Positions 30,673 through 32,000 of a stretch of 32,000 nt of DNA are shown one piece after another; within the stretch, counting starts at the first letter, position 1; the number at the start of each line of letters is the position of its first letter. Origin of the DNA: Psychrobacter sp. Ps1 (lineage in GTDB: Bacteria; Pseudomonadota; Gammaproteobacteria; Pseudomonadales; Moraxellaceae). The stretch lies in NCBI RefSeq assembly GCF_022129425.1, contig NZ_JADQAN010000003.1, positions 155,210 to 187,209 on the forward strand. Direction: 5' to 3'. Made by a program: the position numbers and the translations under genes. The notes under the pieces are model-generated. The model saw only the letters and a list, made by a program, of their open reading frames with translations. It did no database searches and was not told the DNA's origin.

Positions 30673-31776
30673 TTATATCAGTTTGGCTAAGACCGCTTGC
30701 CCCATTTCTTTACAGCCTACCTGCTTAAGTCCAGCTTCACTGCTATCTAAAATATCTAGCGTACGTAGACCATCATCAAGTACATCACTGACTGCTTGCT
30801 CAATTGCTTGTGCCGCATCTTCTTGCTTGAAGGTATAACGCAGCATCATAGCAACAGATAAGATAGTCGCTAATGGGTTGGCTTTATCTTGTCCTGCAAT
30901 ATCAGGTGCTGAACCATGGCAAGGCTCATACATGCCCTTACCTGACTCATCCAAGCTCGCTGATGGCAACATACCGATAGAGCCTGTCAACATCGCAGCT
31001 TCATCAGATAGGATATCGCCAAACATGTTACCTGTCACCATGACATCGAACTGTTTAGGATCTTTAATCAACTGCATGCAAGCGTTGTCAGCATACATAT
31101 GTGACAACGCCACATCGCTATAGTCAGCTTGCTGCATCTCGATCATCGTCTGTTTCCACAGCTCGGTGACTTCTAATACATTGGCTTTATCAACTGAACA
31201 TACCTTAGCTGCTGTGCCCGCTGCTTGCGCACGCGTTTTTGCTAACTCAAAGGCAACTTTACCAATACGCTGAATCTCACTTGTACTATATACCATCGTG
31301 TTATAGCCTTGCTGCTCACCATTTTCTAGTGTGCGGATACCACGAGGCTCGCCAAAATAGATGCCGCCTGTCAGCTCACGAACGATCAATAGATCTAGAC
31401 CTGAGATAATTTCAGGTTTGATACTTGAGGCATTAGCCAACTGTGGATAGAGCTTGGCTACGCGTAGATTAGCAAATAAACCAAGCTCGCCGCGGATTTT
31501 CAATAGACCGCGCTCAGGGCGTTTACTACGCTCGATCGCATCCCATTTAGGACCACCAACTGCACCTAGCAATACGGCATCTGCGGCGCGAGCACGGGCC
31601 AATGTCTCATCTGGCAAAGGCTCACCAGTTGCATCAATAGCCACACCGCCAATCAATCCAGACTCAAGCGTCAAATCAAGTGAAAACTTATCATTGACAG
31701 CCTTAAGCACGTCAATGGCTTGAGTCATAATTTCAGGGCCAATACCATCACCCGCTAATGTTAAAATCGTTGCCAT
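30673..31776 (-). CDS. leuB: 3-isopropylmalate dehydrogenase
   Basis: [80 protein letters not shown]. Confidence 0.95.
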   Translation of the reverse strand: MATILTLAGDGIGPEIMTQAIDVLKAVNDKFSLDLTLESGLIGGVAIDATGEPLPDETLARARAADAVLLGAVGGPKWDAIERSKRPERGLLKIRGELGLFANLRVAKLYPQLANASSIKPEIISGLDLLIVRELTGGIYFGEPRGIRTLENGEQQGYNTMVYSTSEIQRIGKVAFELAKTRAQAAGTAAKVCSVDKANVLEVTELWKQTMIEMQQADYSDVALSHMYADNACMQLIKDPKQFDVMVTGNMFGDILSDEAAMLTGSIGMLPSASLDESGKGMYEPCHGSAPDIAGQDKANPLATILSVAMMLRYTFKQEDAAQAIEQAVSDVLDDGLRTLDILDSSEAGLKQVGCKEMGQAVLAKLI

Positions 31777-31839
31777 ACTGATCCTTTTGGAAATATTTTT
31801 ATTGGTTAATTATATTGTCGAGCTTTTTATACTCATATT

Positions 31840-32000
31840 TTATGCTGCCATTTTTTTGGCTTTAGGTGCTGATGTTACTGCTTTGGCCATACCAGTCTCT
31901 ACAAACTCACCTTGATGCTCAGCGTCTAATTGCTTACAGAATCGGCGCTGTACTTTCGTACCTTGCAATAGCTCAATGCATAAAGGCTCAGGTGATGCTG
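31840..32000 (-). CDS. Possible 3' end of an unidentified CDS continuing beyond the window
   Basis: My own translation gives a minus-strand frame open for 53 codons from the window edge to the TAA at 31842-31840 (...EHQGEFVETGMAKAVTSAPKAKKMAA*). No family recognised. Weak call. Confidence 0.3.
   Translation of the reverse strand, partial: ASPEPLCIELLQGTKVQRRFCKQLDAEHQGEFVETGMAKAVTSAPKAKKMAA

Overview
This window looks like a chromosomal segment from an AT-leaning gammaproteobacterium. The gene content and protein style resemble Moraxellaceae or Psychrobacter, but that is inference only. The housekeeping backbone carries tetR', a tatD/ycfH-like gene, an acyltransferase, a lone GspE/PilB-type ATPase, trmO, fpr, tRNA-Leu(CAA), dinB, queA, a two-ORF FimV-like locus, an asparaginase-like gene, truA, infA, an L,D-transpeptidase and leuB. 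A roughly 13.1-kb genomic island (6474..19582) interrupts this backbone. It is inserted at the 3' end of tRNA-Leu(CAA) and bounded by a perfect 20-bp direct repeat. All island genes lie on the minus strand: a P4-type tyrosine integrase, then a 650-bp ORF-free spacer, then a translationally coupled operon. That operon runs alpA, orf91, a small membrane ORF, a CHC2 zinc-finger primase domain, a Toprim/DUF3631 P-loop protein and orf195. Next come a lone XRE HTH gene, a complete type I R-M operon (hsdR-hsdM-hsdS), and about 750 bp of ORF-free DNA rich in repeats. I could recognise no capsid, packaging, relaxase or conjugation genes. The most unusual signals are at the DNA level. An 11-copy GTWAC array sits inside the 3' end of the replication gene. 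A GACGAWA repeat cluster lies near attL. A 26-bp GTGTAC motif occurs at both island ends, and the island carries a near-identical copy of the tRNA terminator. No CRISPR array, rRNA or transposase was seen. All protein-family calls come from motif recognition by eye, not from searches.
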